A stretch of 64,000 nt of DNA. Origin: Savitreella phatthalungensis (taxonomy: Eukaryota). The DNA is taken from positions 186,001-250,000 of the forward strand of contig AP039695.1 in the NCBI GenBank assembly GCA_051599415.1. The letters run 5' to 3'. The notes beneath the pieces were generated by a model. It searched no databases and was not told the origin of the DNA. It saw nothing but the letters and a program-made list of their open reading frames with translations. Positions 21,302 to 32,609 of the stretch are shown here, piece after piece. Both the position numbers and the translations under genes were made by a program. Each line of letters begins with the position of its first letter. The stretch's first letter is position 1.

Positions 21302-21572
21302 AGGTGTCTGTCAATAATACAGGTCCGAACACCTCTATGATGTGGTAGAGGGGATCCTACGAATCGACGCAGCCCGCGTATTGACAGAGCATGTGGAACC
21401 CCCATTCGACCTCGCTGAGGAAGGAGAGGGAAGACACAGGAACTCGACCAACAGCAGACAATCACTCTTGCAATACCTGATAGACCACGTCACCAATAGT
21501 CATTGGACCGCCACGGACATCTCGCTATTCCTTCATTGAAGGATGAGCAGGAGACGGCGGATGGGTACAATA
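21302..21572. ncRNA. Candidate structured ncRNA, H/ACA snoRNA-like; strand unresolved
   Basis: Hairpin 1: 10-bp stem 21307-21316/21379-21388 with inner stem 21332-21337/21346-21351. Hairpin 2: 21508-21560. ACA triplets lie next to hairpin ends on both strands, and AGAGCA (ANANNA) is at 21386-21391 on +. Confidence 0.35.
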
Positions 21573-21960
21573 AAGGCTGCTTAAATTGAGTATGAAGAGG
21601 CTACAGAGGCGGCTAGTACACTACTTGAAGGACGTCCACGGAGACTGCGTCTGGATTCGTGTGTGTAGGAGAGAGTATCCGTGGGTGCAGGCGTCCTAGG
21701 GACAGGGAAGTTTGTCTCTCCACAGTGTTCAGGGTTGTTCGTCATTGTAATGCAGGAAAACTTAATTTCTTTTTTGTCATCCACGTCGATCCGAGCACAG
21801 TTATAGACACACACATACACACACGTACACAGGGAAGTCAGTCGGTCAGTCGGTCAGTCGGTCAGTCGTTGGAATGCTTGCTCAAATTACTGGTCTGATG
21901 TGGGACGCGGTCGACGGAAAGAGAAGAAAGGTTGGCAAAGGTTTGTCGAGAGCTCTACCT

Positions 21961-24183
21961 TTAGCCATAGGCGACTTCAGGCTTAAGGTCTGCATCGTTG
22001 CCTGTGGTTGCTGCGTTGAACTGTGTGTGACAACGTGCCATTGTCTTTGAGGATCTTGCGATTGGGTCTGTGAGGTAGAAGTTTTCGAGGGTGATTGGGT
22101 TTTTGAGGGGAGCGTTTGATGCTTTTGTTGCTTGCCCCTTGTTGGCGTCGACCATGAGCGCCTTTGCGCCGACTGCCGCTAGCGACGTCTTCTCGACAAT
22201 GTCGTAGCGGACGAGGTTAGGGCTCACGTCAGCCATCCGGTCACGCACCGACATGATGTCGTCGTATGGGAGAGTGACACCGAGTGCTTCGGAGACTGCA
22301 CGCACAATCTTCCAGTCCTCGCGAGCGACGCCTGGTGGATTGGTTGCTGCGCGAGTCGTCTGCACACGGCCCTCTGTGTTGACGTAGGTGGCAGACTTCT
22401 CCGTGTATGCTGCGCCGGGGAGAACGACGTCTGCGTACTGAGCACCAAGGTCGCCGTGGTGGCCCTGGTAGACGACAAATGCATCACGCGGGATGTCCTC
22501 TGGTGCGAGCTCGTCTGCGCCGAGCAGGTAGACGAACTTGGCCTTTGTCTCAGACGCCGATTTGAGCTGCGTGGAGAATCCAACATCGTATGCGCCGGCA
22601 CGCGAGGCCGCGCGCTGGAGAACGTTGAAACCGTTCCAGTCATCCCGGAAGAAGACCTTCTCGTTCTTGTTGACGAACTGGCCGACGGTCTCGACGATGG
22701 CCTTGGCGTCAGGGTGCTCGAGCACAGCGGAACCGAGAATGATCATCGGCTTCTTTGCCGCGCTCAGCTTCTTGCCCCACTCACCCTTCAGCGCGTCCTT
22801 GACAGCCTGTGCGCCAGAGCCGAGTGTCTCATACTGGAAGATGTTATCGGTCGGTTCACCCACGAGACCGATCTCAAGCTCGTCACTACGGAGCCATGCC
22901 TTGCGCAGACGGGCGTTGAGGACGGAAGCCTCGTGACGCATGTTGGATCCGATGATGAGCACTTTGTCTGCGTCCTCGACACCGTGGATGCGTGAGTTGA
23001 AAAGGTAGTTCGAGCGGACATCGATACCGGAAGCGAGTGGCTTGTCACCGAGCGGCTGGTCGACCGCCAGGTTCTCTGAGCCGAGACGGTTGACCATGTC
23101 CTTTAGGGCGACCATGGACTCGACATCGGCCAGCTGTCCTGCGATAGCCTTGACCTCGTTGTCTTTAGCTCCAGTGCTCTGCAGACCGTCGCGAATGGCA
23201 AGCAGGGCCTGCTCCCAGGTCGCCGGCTCGAATCGGTCTCCCTGCTTGACGAGCGGGTGTGTGAGACGCTGGACCTTGAGACCGTCATTGGCGAAACGGG
23301 TCTTGTCGTTGATCCACTCTTCATTGACGTCGTCGTTGAGACGAGGCATGACGCGCATTACCTCGATGCCGCGGGTGTCGACGCGAATGTTGGAGCCGAG
23401 AGCATCGTGGACATCGATCGTCTCTGTCTTCTTCGTCTCCCAGGGTCTTGCACGGAAAGCGTACGGCTTCGAGGTCAGGGCACCGACTGGGCACAGGTCA
23501 ATCACATTGCCGGACATCTCTGTCTTGAGAGCTGTCTCGATGTAGGTGCCGATCTGCATGGAGTTGCCGCGGCCGGACGTCCCGAGTTCCGGTGCTCCAG
23601 CGAGCTCGTTTGCGAACCGCACACATCTTGTGCAGTGGATGCAACGGGTCATGATCGTCTTGACGAGCGGGCCGATGTTCTTGTCCTCGACCGCACGCTT
23701 GCCCGTGCGCTCTGCGAATCGAGATCTGTCTGAGCCATAACGCATCGATTGGTCCTGAAGGTCGCACTCACCTCCCTGGTCGCAGACCGGGCAGTCGAGT
23801 GGGTGATTTGCGAGGAGGAATTCCATGACTCCCTCACGAGCCTTGTGTACTGCCGGTGTGTTTGTGTGAACCTTCATGCCGGGCATGGCTGGCATGGCGC
23901 ACGAGGCCTGTGGCTTTGGTGACCGCTCGACCTCGACAAGACACATACGACAGTTTCCTGCGATCTGGAGCTTCTCGTGGTAGCAGTACCTGGGGATGTG
24001 GACGCCTGCCTTTTCACATGCCTGAATCAGAGCGGAACCTTGCTCTACCTTGACCTTCTTTCCGTCAATCTCGAGCTCGATCTCTGCGCGAGCAGTTGCA
24101 GTTGTGGTGAAAAGGCGTGATGCGTTGGCTGCAGTGGTGGCTCTCTGGCGAGCAGCTGCGAGCTGGATTGTTCGTCTGTACAT
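21961..24183 (-). CDS. NDUFS1: NADH:ubiquinone oxidoreductase 75/78 kDa Fe-S subunit (NDUFS1/NuoG), mitochondrial
   Basis: Arg-rich presequence. Fe-S motifs IPRYCYH..AGNCRMCLVE, HPLDCPVCDQGGECDLQDQ, RCIHCTRCVRF and DLCPVGAL. Confidence 0.98.
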   Translation of the reverse strand: MYRRTIQLAAARQRATTAANASRLFTTTATARAEIELEIDGKKVKVEQGSALIQACEKAGVHIPRYCYHEKLQIAGNCRMCLVEVERSPKPQASCAMPAMPGMKVHTNTPAVHKAREGVMEFLLANHPLDCPVCDQGGECDLQDQSMRYGSDRSRFAERTGKRAVEDKNIGPLVKTIMTRCIHCTRCVRFANELAGAPELGTSGRGNSMQIGTYIETALKTEMSGNVIDLCPVGALTSKPYAFRARPWETKKTETIDVHDALGSNIRVDTRGIEVMRVMPRLNDDVNEEWINDKTRFANDGLKVQRLTHPLVKQGDRFEPATWEQALLAIRDGLQSTGAKDNEVKAIAGQLADVESMVALKDMVNRLGSENLAVDQPLGDKPLASGIDVRSNYLFNSRIHGVEDADKVLIIGSNMRHEASVLNARLRKAWLRSDELEIGLVGEPTDNIFQYETLGSGAQAVKDALKGEWGKKLSAAKKPMIILGSAVLEHPDAKAIVETVGQFVNKNEKVFFRDDWNGFNVLQRAASRAGAYDVGFSTQLKSASETKAKFVYLLGADELAPEDIPRDAFVVYQGHHGDLGAQYADVVLPGAAYTEKSATYVNTEGRVQTTRAATNPPGVAREDWKIVRAVSEALGVTLPYDDIMSVRDRMADVSPNLVRYDIVEKTSLAAVGAKALMVDANKGQATKASNAPLKNPITLENFYLTDPIARSSKTMARCHTQFNAATTGNDADLKPEVAYG

Positions 24184-24655
24184 GGTGAACTGATGGATAT
24201 TGTGAGTGGATTGAAGTAAGAAGCGTGACGAGCGTGGTAGGAGTGAGGAGAGGGAGCGGCTTCGGGACTTCGATTGGGAAATTCGTTAGGTGACTTGGCT
24301 TGTTAGGCTAGCGGCGCGCCTGTAGAACAAACTTGCTCTGAGCTTAACGAACCAAGGCGTCTCCTTACCTGACCTGGAAGATGTACCGACTCCTCTAGCT
24401 CAGGGTAGCTGGAGCTGATAGTAAGTGATGTTGTCAAAAGAGATGCTTATGGACTGTTTGAAGCTGACCTGAGCATACATCCGCCCATCAACTTCCGAAG
24501 CGAAAAAGTGGAAGAAACACGTGCACTTTTAAAGTCAACAGCGAATCACAAATGACCTATTACAACACCATCAAACCATAACCTCTCACAACCACCACTG
24601 ATCCCAGTCTTCTATCAAAGCCTGCTCATCTAAGTCCACGTCGACGACGTGACCG

Positions 24656-25375
24656 ATGCTAAAGATGATGCTGTCCTCACTGTGGGTAATGGCCACGGCT
24701 GGGGTTTGTGCTGGCCTGGGTGTCAGCGGGACTGGAACGGCTGTGATAGGCAGGATTGTGGAGAGCCAGCTTTTGCCGGATGTGTCTGGCCTGCCGTATG
24801 ACTGCCGCGTGCGGCTATCGAACGGTGAGCACACCTACACCGCACCTGTGCGTGCTGATGGAGGATTCAGCTTCGGGGGTGTGGCCAAGGGGAGCTTCCT
24901 GCTGCAGACGCAGTGCGGAATGTACGGCGTGATGCCCCTGCGTGTGGACGTCGGGCAGACCCAGAGCAGTGCCGACGAGCTGGCAGGAGCGGTCGATGGC
25001 GCTGTTGGGGACGTGGCAGTGTACAGGACGCTGCGTGGAGGTGAGTGGAGTGCAGTTCAGGGTCGACTCGACCACCCGATCACACTCGAGGTGCATAGGA
25101 CGTTTGACTACTACACACCTCCACCGACGTTCAACCCACTAGGCATGCTGAAGAATCCGATGGTGCTTGCTGGAATTTTCATCGTGCTCTCGCTCTTTGT
25201 GATGCCGAAGTTTGTCCAGTGGATAGACCCTGAGGGCGTTGCTGAGATGAACAGGATCAAGGACGAGAAGGCGAAAGAGGCGGCTGTCAAGGCACGTACC
25301 CAACGACAGACGAATCCAAGTGCAGAGCAGCTGGCAAATTTCGACGTCAGCGGTTGGCTTGCCGGCAAGAAGTAG
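24656..25375 (+). CDS. EMC7: ER membrane protein complex subunit 7 (DUF2012)
   Basis: Signal peptide; beta domain (APVRADGGFSF..V..GSFLL...LRVDV); FNPLGMLKNPMVL followed by TM, PK, IDPE; terminal FDVSGWLAG. Confidence 0.85.
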   Translation: MLKMMLSSLWVMATAGVCAGLGVSGTGTAVIGRIVESQLLPDVSGLPYDCRVRLSNGEHTYTAPVRADGGFSFGGVAKGSFLLQTQCGMYGVMPLRVDVGQTQSSADELAGAVDGAVGDVAVYRTLRGGEWSAVQGRLDHPITLEVHRTFDYYTPPPTFNPLGMLKNPMVLAGIFIVLSLFVMPKFVQWIDPEGVAEMNRIKDEKAKEAAVKARTQRQTNPSAEQLANFDVSGWLAGKK

Positions 25376-25435
25376 GTTGCTGAAATGAGAAACACGATGA
25401 ATTGCTCGTTAGATACATGAACGTCAGGAGGGGGT

Positions 25436-26797
25436 CTACGGTCGCAGAAGGGCTTGCCGGTGTTGGCGGTGCCGACGCCAAGATCGAATTGCGAGAGTGG
25501 ATGCGCTGAGGATGAGGGCGCGACCGAGCTCGTACATGAGGAAGAAGCAGCCGATGTACAGTACGAACCAGAAGATGCGGCTGCCGTAGAGCTCGAACTT
25601 TCGGGGCTGGCAAAACTCGCCTGTGAAGGAGTACATTCCTTTGTCCTCGCTGAACAGCCAGCCGAACTGGAGGGCGGTCAAGGGCGCCCACGCATTGTAG
25701 CCTCCGAACGTCTGTCTTTCCGGGAAGTAAGCTCTCTCGACTGGTCCCGTAGCAGAGTAGAGGAACGTCGAATTTCGACGGAATAATGCATCGAGGATAC
25801 CATTGATCGAGCGATCTGTGACGTTGAGTGCATTCCAGACGTAAGGTGGGTTGCTGGCGACGTGGATGTCATTCGATGCTATGATCGGTAGCCCGAGACG
25901 CTCGCTTTCCCTGACCATCCGTAGGTCGATCGTGTTGTCGTGCACGCTCTCGAATGCATCCACTCCCCACGACAGCAGGTCGTCGATCGATGGTCTGTCT
26001 GGCAGAACAGGTAAATCCCAGCCGGACTCTGTCTGGTCTGACCACGGGAGGTGGTTGACGACGACGTATCCGCCAAGTGTGTGTGTCCTATCGATGACGC
26101 TGCGAAGGTCATCGTCGGACGGCCAGGTGGTCGGCTGGAGTCCTTCTGTGGTATTGACGTTGACGAGATTCATGTGGATCCTACAGCAGGAGTACTCGAT
26201 CGCTGGGATGACAGTCATGTTGAGCTTTGCCGCCTCGGCTCTCGCTCGAGCGTACCCGTCCAGGGTGTTGTGGTCAGACAACACAAAGCCGTCGAAACCG
26301 TACGCGCTCAGCCAATGGACCAGCTGCTCCGGTGACATCTCACCGTCAGAAGCCGTCGTATGCGCGTGCGTCTCCAGCTTGAAGTTGAACGGCAGACTCT
26401 CGTCCCATGTCTGGAGATCCGGAATCCCAGACTCAGACACGTTCACGTGGAAATCGAATGTCAATCCATCGCGATTGATCGAGTCTGGGGCGTCGGAGTA
26501 GCTCAGCTTGATGGCGATTGCAATTGCGATTCCGACGACGATGATGCAGCTCACTAGCCGGGATAGTATTCCTGCGAATGCCCAATCAGCCCAGGAAGGT
26601 GTCTGTGCGAGGACGTGGCGCGCTTTGGCAGCGAGTGTCGGATGATCTCCAGGTGATAAGAGTTGGTCGTGAGAGGTGGCGCTGGTGGTAGTGCCGCTCG
26701 TGGAGAGGTCTCTGACTGGTGCGTCGAGTGAGGTGCTAGGCCTAGGGAGACCCTCCTCATGCTCACTCACTGCGATCTGTGCCTTCTTGGTAGACAT
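25436..26797 (-). CDS. Membrane-anchored PHP-domain metallo-phosphoesterase-like protein
   Basis: PHP motifs ETHAHTTASDG, LSDHN, IPAIEY..CRIHMN, VNHLPW and SNDIH, flanked by N- and C-terminal TM segments. Confidence 0.82.
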   Translation of the reverse strand: MSTKKAQIAVSEHEEGLPRPSTSLDAPVRDLSTSGTTTSATSHDQLLSPGDHPTLAAKARHVLAQTPSWADWAFAGILSRLVSCIIVVGIAIAIAIKLSYSDAPDSINRDGLTFDFHVNVSESGIPDLQTWDESLPFNFKLETHAHTTASDGEMSPEQLVHWLSAYGFDGFVLSDHNTLDGYARARAEAAKLNMTVIPAIEYSCCRIHMNLVNVNTTEGLQPTTWPSDDDLRSVIDRTHTLGGYVVVNHLPWSDQTESGWDLPVLPDRPSIDDLLSWGVDAFESVHDNTIDLRMVRESERLGLPIIASNDIHVASNPPYVWNALNVTDRSINGILDALFRRNSTFLYSATGPVERAYFPERQTFGGYNAWAPLTALQFGWLFSEDKGMYSFTGEFCQPRKFELYGSRIFWFVLYIGCFFLMYELGRALILSASTLAIRSWRRHRQHRQALLRP

Positions 26798-27454
26798 GGT
26801 GGTGTCACTCGAGTCACACTATGTACAAGCACATGATCCGCCCAGGTATATTAGAGACTGGACGATTGACGGTACGAATATCGTCGCTTAAACCCTGCCT
26901 GAAAGACTCAGGTTGTCTTGTACACTGTGTCTGCGAGGTCCACAGTACTGTACGCTGTATATCCTTGTGCATTGTGACCTGCACATGCACACACATACGT
27001 ACGTACGTACATGCACATGCATCTGTGTGCGAGCGTAGTTCAATATGAGTGAGAGAATGGCGGCTGTGTGAATTGCCAGATTAGGAAATTCACTTTCATT
27101 GCTTGGCCTGATTTCCAACCTCCTCGAGATCGACTCCATCACTCACAAACACATACACAGGTGGGGTGAGGAAGGCTGTGTTATGGACTGACTGATTGTG
27201 TGTTACATGGGCAGGAAACTTCTTGGCATTGCTGACGAACGCCAATTGATGGTCCATTCCTAGAACGCTGATTCTTGACACGTCTCCTGGACAAGTCGCA
27301 GATATCATTGACCCGTACACACTGCCACGTCATTGATCAGTGAAGACTGAAGTCGACGTGAGTCTGATTGATTGATCCAATCCGATACAGTTGAAGTGGC
27401 AGGTCAGATCCACGCGTATCCACGAACTCTTGACAACAGACGATTCGGTACGGA

Positions 27455-28957
27455 ATGCGACTGGACTCGCCGCATATGGACTCGAAACCGTCTGAGGATG
27501 TCAATGGAGTGGCTGCCGCTGACTTACCTGCACAGGTGCCGACGATCACCGTGTCGAAAGGGAAAAGTCGAGCGATTGAGCGGGCTGATACTGACCTTGG
27601 TGCGCTGGCTGACGAGCTAGACGCTGCATGCCTTTCAGCGGACGAGGACGAGCATGGCGAGGGATCGAGCCGTGGTCGCGGAGCTATTGCTGGGTCATCT
27701 CGAGCGCCGTCGACGCAGCGGTCTAGATCGCGTGCGATACGCGTCCCGGACGATCACCACGATGCCAACGACGATCTGTCGACCATCTCGTACGAGCTCA
27801 AGCCGATCACCTTCAACGGCACACCACACAGGATCGTCTGCCAGACGACCAATGGCGCATGCCCCATCCTCTCCATCGCCAACTTCCTAGTCCTCACCTC
27901 AGCCATCACCCTTCCCTCCAGAGCACACATATCAGCCAGCAGTCTTACAGACGTGCTGGCAGACTACTTGCTCGGTCGACAGGCTGATCTGTCTGCGCTC
28001 GATATGCTGCCTGGCCTGCACCGTGGTCTGAATGTGGATCCTGGATTTGGTGGTGTGGATGGGTTCGCGGAAGGCGATGGGGTGATGCGTGCGTTTGGAT
28101 GTGAGCTCGTGCACACGTGGGTGCCGACGGCTGGCGTGGATCCAGCGTACGATGCACTGGTCGGGCAGTACGACACATTCGACAAGGCACAGATGCAGGT
28201 CCTCCTCCACCCCGAGGAGGAAGTGTCGTTGAAGATTGCACACTTCTTCGACACTTACCCAATGAATACCACACCAGCGGGCGTCCAGCAGCTCCAGGAG
28301 AAGATGCGCGAATGCGAGATGTGTATCCTCTTCCTCAACGCTCACTTCTCCCTCGTGTACAAGCACCCTGTGTCAGGAGATCTCTACACACTCGTGACAG
28401 ATGCAGGATATGTGAGTTCACGTGATGAGGTGGTCTGGGAGTCGCTTGAGGCAGGGAAGACGACGCAGCTGTTTTCCGCAGATTTCATCCCGCGCACTGT
28501 GCTGGGTGAAGGTCTGAGGGAGGATGTGTTTGGTCGCCGTGGGGATACGCGTCAAGGTGGCGCTGGAGGTGGAGGTGGAGGTGATAATTCTGTAATTGAC
28601 CCTGAGCACAGCGCAGACGCTCAACTCGCAAGAGATCTACAGAGAGAGGAAGACGAGCGTGCGGCAAGCAGATTGTCAGCACATCATGCTAGATCAGCAA
28701 CCGCAGCAGCGTCGTCAGCTCGGCATGAGGCCCCAATGGAAGGAGAATCTGATGGTGACTATGCACGGCGGATACAGGAGGCAGAAGACGCATGGGCCGC
28801 AGCAGGACAAGGGCAAGGACAAAGGCGAGAGCAAGGTGCAGATCGCATGAATGATGGCGTGAATCGGAGCAGGAATGACAAGCGACGAGCTGGGAATTCA
28901 GCCAAACAAAAGGATTCCTCCAAAGCAGGGAAGAAGGACAAGTGCGTGGTGATGTAA
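27455..28957 (+). CDS. MINDY-family (DUF544) deubiquitinase with MIU-like motifs and a CaaX end
   Basis: Catalytic QTTNGACPILSIAN and FLNAHFSLVYKH..LYTLVTDAGY..VVWESL. Ubiquitin-binding-like DAQLARDLQ and DGDYARRIQ; C-terminal KCVVM. Start may be the Met at 27476. Confidence 0.9.
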   Translation: MRLDSPHMDSKPSEDVNGVAAADLPAQVPTITVSKGKSRAIERADTDLGALADELDAACLSADEDEHGEGSSRGRGAIAGSSRAPSTQRSRSRAIRVPDDHHDANDDLSTISYELKPITFNGTPHRIVCQTTNGACPILSIANFLVLTSAITLPSRAHISASSLTDVLADYLLGRQADLSALDMLPGLHRGLNVDPGFGGVDGFAEGDGVMRAFGCELVHTWVPTAGVDPAYDALVGQYDTFDKAQMQVLLHPEEEVSLKIAHFFDTYPMNTTPAGVQQLQEKMRECEMCILFLNAHFSLVYKHPVSGDLYTLVTDAGYVSSRDEVVWESLEAGKTTQLFSADFIPRTVLGEGLREDVFGRRGDTRQGGAGGGGGGDNSVIDPEHSADAQLARDLQREEDERAASRLSAHHARSATAAASSARHEAPMEGESDGDYARRIQEAEDAWAAAGQGQGQRREQGADRMNDGVNRSRNDKRRAGNSAKQKDSSKAGKKDKCVVM

Positions 28958-29317
28958 GGCAATATCTGGTGGGGACCACAATCAGAGACATCAAAGAGTT
29001 GATCTAAGCGATGGATGATGTGAACTTTCAGGCATTGACTCGCCTATTGCTGAAAATCGATGCTTAGACATATGAACAGCTAGATGGTCAGGATTGAATG
29101 AGATATGTGAACTGTACGTGAGCTGCTGATTGCACGTGTTCATCCTCAACGGTCATGATTTGCAGCTGCAGCAGAGAAAGTCACTGTAAAAGCTAGTCCT
29201 CCACACATATACGAGCAGAGACTCTGTGGCTATTATGCATCTGAGATTAACTCAGTATGGAACAGTTTAGACGAGCACGTTGATTTCCTCGTGCTTGTGC
29301 TGTAAATACATATACTA

Positions 29318-29362
29318 TACTGTACTGTACTGTACTGTACTGTACTGTACTGTACTGTACTG
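29318..29362. repeat. (TACTG)9 pentanucleotide microsatellite
   Basis: Nine perfect units in intergenic DNA. Confidence 0.95.
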
Positions 29363-30241
29363 TGCCATCATGCTGTGCAACACAGCTACAGTGGTGAAGG
29401 TGGGAGATGCCGAGGAAATGATTCCGGGGTAACAGATTGACCTGACCTTTGTGAGATTCATTCCCATTTGTGCCGAGGATGTCATCTGGGAATATTTCCA
29501 TCCAAGAAGTCCGTTGATAAGTCTGAGCACGGAAGATGAAATTCGGCAATCCACACGAGGATCTCAGTATCGAATAGATTGAAGACCAGGGTAGCATCTG
29601 AATCTGATGCCTGTCTGAATCTGCTCGTTTCAAGTTCGTTTCAAATGTTCGTTTCAGATTTCGATTTGAATTGAAAATCGATCCAAGCTCGATCTAGTTG
29701 AATCACTGGCCGAAACCATACGGTCGACCCATTCCATTTTTATTCTATCTAGCCTAATTGAATTTGCTCAGTAGTCTGGAGAAGAGTAGACTTGTATCTT
29801 ATACAGATTCAGAGGTAGAGAAAGGATTCTGTATACTATAGTTGATGTCCAATCAGCGTTTGATTGCATTTGTCCGAAGCATGTGCAACCCCACACCCAC
29901 CCACCACACACCCACACACACACACCCTCGGATACACGCACACACACACCCTCGGATACTCGGACGCTTGGACACTCTGCGTGGACACTCACCCGTGCAC
30001 TCACTCTACTCACTCACTCCATCGCTCTCTCTGTCTCTCACTACTGCACCCTTGCCCTTGCACACCATCCTCAGACAATCATCAAACACTCGACCAACGT
30101 ACACACTTCCTTACTGACGTTCCTCCATCCACCACATCTGAAAGAACAAAAGTCCTCGCATTTCCCTTCGAGAAACCTAACCTGATTTCCTACTTTATAT
30201 CTCCCTTCTCCTCTCCACCACACTCGTAGTCTCTGCCCACC

Positions 30242-32347
30242 ATGTCTGCAGGCACGTCATTTCCTCCAGATGCAATCTACAACCTCGGCATCCGTGCGGA
30301 GGAGTTCAGCGAGTCCAGACCGATGGGTGTAGCCCTGCCCGGAACTGCCAGACCAGGCTTCAGTGCAATTTACAAGCACGGCAAGTACACCAACGTCCAA
30401 TTCGGTACAGACGAGTTCAAGACCACGACCGCCTACGAGGCTTTCAACCGCGGTCTCCGCAAGTCCCCCACAGGCGACTGTCTCGGTCACCGTCCGTACG
30501 ACCCCGCCACCAAGACCTGGGGCAAGTATGTCTGGCAGACGTACGAGCAGGTAGCCAAGCGTCGTGATGAGTTTGGAGCAGGTCTGGTCAAGCTGCACGA
30601 GAATTCATTCAGCGGTAAGCTGTCCCAGTACATGATCGGTATCTTTGCAAAGAACAGGCCAGAATGGGCCATCACCGATTTTGCAGCAGCCTCCCAGAGC
30701 ATCGTCTCTGTAGCACTCTACGACACTCTTGGCGCAGACTCGACCGAGTACATCATCAACCACAGCGAGATCGAGCTCGTTGTCTGCTCTGTTGACCACG
30801 TAGCACCCCTCCTCCTCAACCGCTCAAAGACCCCAAAGCTGCGTGTCATCGTGTCCATGGACCCGCTCGACGCCGGCGAGACACTTGGTCAGAACAAGCA
30901 CACCATCCTCAACCTGTTCGCCAAGGAGGTCGGCGTCCAGGTTCTCTCATTCGAGGAGGTCGAGGAGCTCGGCCGGAAATTCCCACGTGCGCACAACGTG
31001 CCATCACCAGATGACATCTGGACCGTCAACTACACCTCCGGAACCACAGGAAACCCGAAGGGTGCTGTCCTCCAGCACAAGGCCGTTCCTGCCTCCGCCA
31101 TGGGTTCTGGCTCTGGTGTCGGCTCTCGCCCGGGGGACATCGTCTTCTCCTGCCTGCCACTAGCCCACTGCTACCAGCGCTCGATTGATAACGCTGCCTT
31201 CTTCGGTGGAACAGCAGTTGGCTACTTCCACGGCGACATGCTCTCCATCATCGAGGACATGCAGCTACTCAAGCCAACTCTGTTCCCGTCCGTGCCCCGT
31301 ATCCTGTCGCGATTCGCAGCCGCAATCCGCGCCCAGACGATTCACGCGACAGGTGTGGCAGGAGCCATCTCCCGCACTGCGTATGCCGCCAAGAAGGCCA
31401 AGATTGACGCCGGCGGCGACAACACACACATCGTCTGGGACCGTGTGTGGTGTGCAAAGATCCAGCGGATATTCGGTGGACGTCTTCGCACGATCGTTTC
31501 TGGCTCTGCGCCAATCTCGAAGGATGACTACCTATTCCTGCAGTGCGCGCTAGGCTGCAACGTTCTCAACGGCTACGGTCTCACAGAAACGAACGCGACC
31601 GCCAACGTCGCCCTTCCTGGAGACTGCTCTGTCGGACACTGCGGTCCGCCGATGCCGCTATCAGAGTTCTGCCTGCGATCTGTGCCGTCAATGGACTACA
31701 CGGTCGAGGACAAGCCATACCCTCGCGGCGAGCTGCTCATCCGCGCACCAAACCGCGTCAAGGAGTACTTGAAGGACCCTGTCAAGACGGCCGAAGCAAT
31801 CACGTCAGACGGCTGGTTCTGCACGGGCGACATCTTCGTGGTCGACCACCTCGGTCGCTTCGGCATGATCGATCGCGTCAAGAACTTCTTCAAGCTGGCG
31901 CAGGGCGAATACGTCTCACCCGAGCGGATCGAAAACATGATGCTCGCCTCCACCCTGTTCACCCAGCTCTTCATCCACGGCAACTCCGAGGAGACCTTCC
32001 TGGTGGCCATCGGCGGTGTCAACCCGGACGAGTTTGCACCTTTCGCCTCTAAGATCTTGGGTCGCTCGATCTCCAACACGGACTTGGCAGCCGTCAAGCA
32101 GGCTTGCGACGAGCCCAAGGTCGTGGACGAGGTCATCAAGATCTGCTCTCGCAACGCAGACAAGGCAAAGCTCCAAGGATTCGAGCGCATCAAGCGCATC
32201 TACCTCACACTCGAACCTTTCACCTTCGACAACGACCTCGTCACGCCCACCCTCAAGGTCAAGAGAGCTCAAGCAGCAAAGTACTACAAGAAGCAGATCG
32301 ACGCCATGTACGCATCCAAGGGCGAGGAGAAGATTGCCAAGCTGTAG
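30242..32347 (+). CDS. Long-chain fatty acyl-CoA synthetase, probably peroxisomal (Faa2/ACSL-like)
   Basis: AMP-binding motifs YTSGTTGNPKG, GYGLTE, GWFCTGD, IDRVKNFFKLAQGEYVSPE and TPTLKVKR; C-terminal PTS1 -AKL. Confidence 0.95.
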   Translation: MSAGTSFPPDAIYNLGIRAEEFSESRPMGVALPGTARPGFSAIYKHGKYTNVQFGTDEFKTTTAYEAFNRGLRKSPTGDCLGHRPYDPATKTWGKYVWQTYEQVAKRRDEFGAGLVKLHENSFSGKLSQYMIGIFAKNRPEWAITDFAAASQSIVSVALYDTLGADSTEYIINHSEIELVVCSVDHVAPLLLNRSKTPKLRVIVSMDPLDAGETLGQNKHTILNLFAKEVGVQVLSFEEVEELGRKFPRAHNVPSPDDIWTVNYTSGTTGNPKGAVLQHKAVPASAMGSGSGVGSRPGDIVFSCLPLAHCYQRSIDNAAFFGGTAVGYFHGDMLSIIEDMQLLKPTLFPSVPRILSRFAAAIRAQTIHATGVAGAISRTAYAAKKAKIDAGGDNTHIVWDRVWCAKIQRIFGGRLRTIVSGSAPISKDDYLFLQCALGCNVLNGYGLTETNATANVALPGDCSVGHCGPPMPLSEFCLRSVPSMDYTVEDKPYPRGELLIRAPNRVKEYLKDPVKTAEAITSDGWFCTGDIFVVDHLGRFGMIDRVKNFFKLAQGEYVSPERIENMMLASTLFTQLFIHGNSEETFLVAIGGVNPDEFAPFASKILGRSISNTDLAAVKQACDEPKVVDEVIKICSRNADKAKLQGFERIKRIYLTLEPFTFDNDLVTPTLKVKRAQAAKYYKKQIDAMYASKGEEKIAKL

Positions 32348-32609
32348 AGATTTTCGTATCACACCTCTTTTCACCCTTCAGACAGAGTCACGTACTATTT
32401 CATTCCGTCCAATTGTTCCAATCTACCGTCCAGGTGTCAAGTGTCCTTTGCCTGTTAACCAGTCTTTTCTTAGCGCAGGACGAAGACCGCAAGGTCTGCG
32501 AGGCCTACGACCTGTCGTTCACCTATGAACGTGGGCTTGCACGTGTGGGCCGCTGCGTTTTGTGTGGGCAGGTGCCTAAATTGCCACATCTTCAAAAGCT
32601 CCTGTGCCC

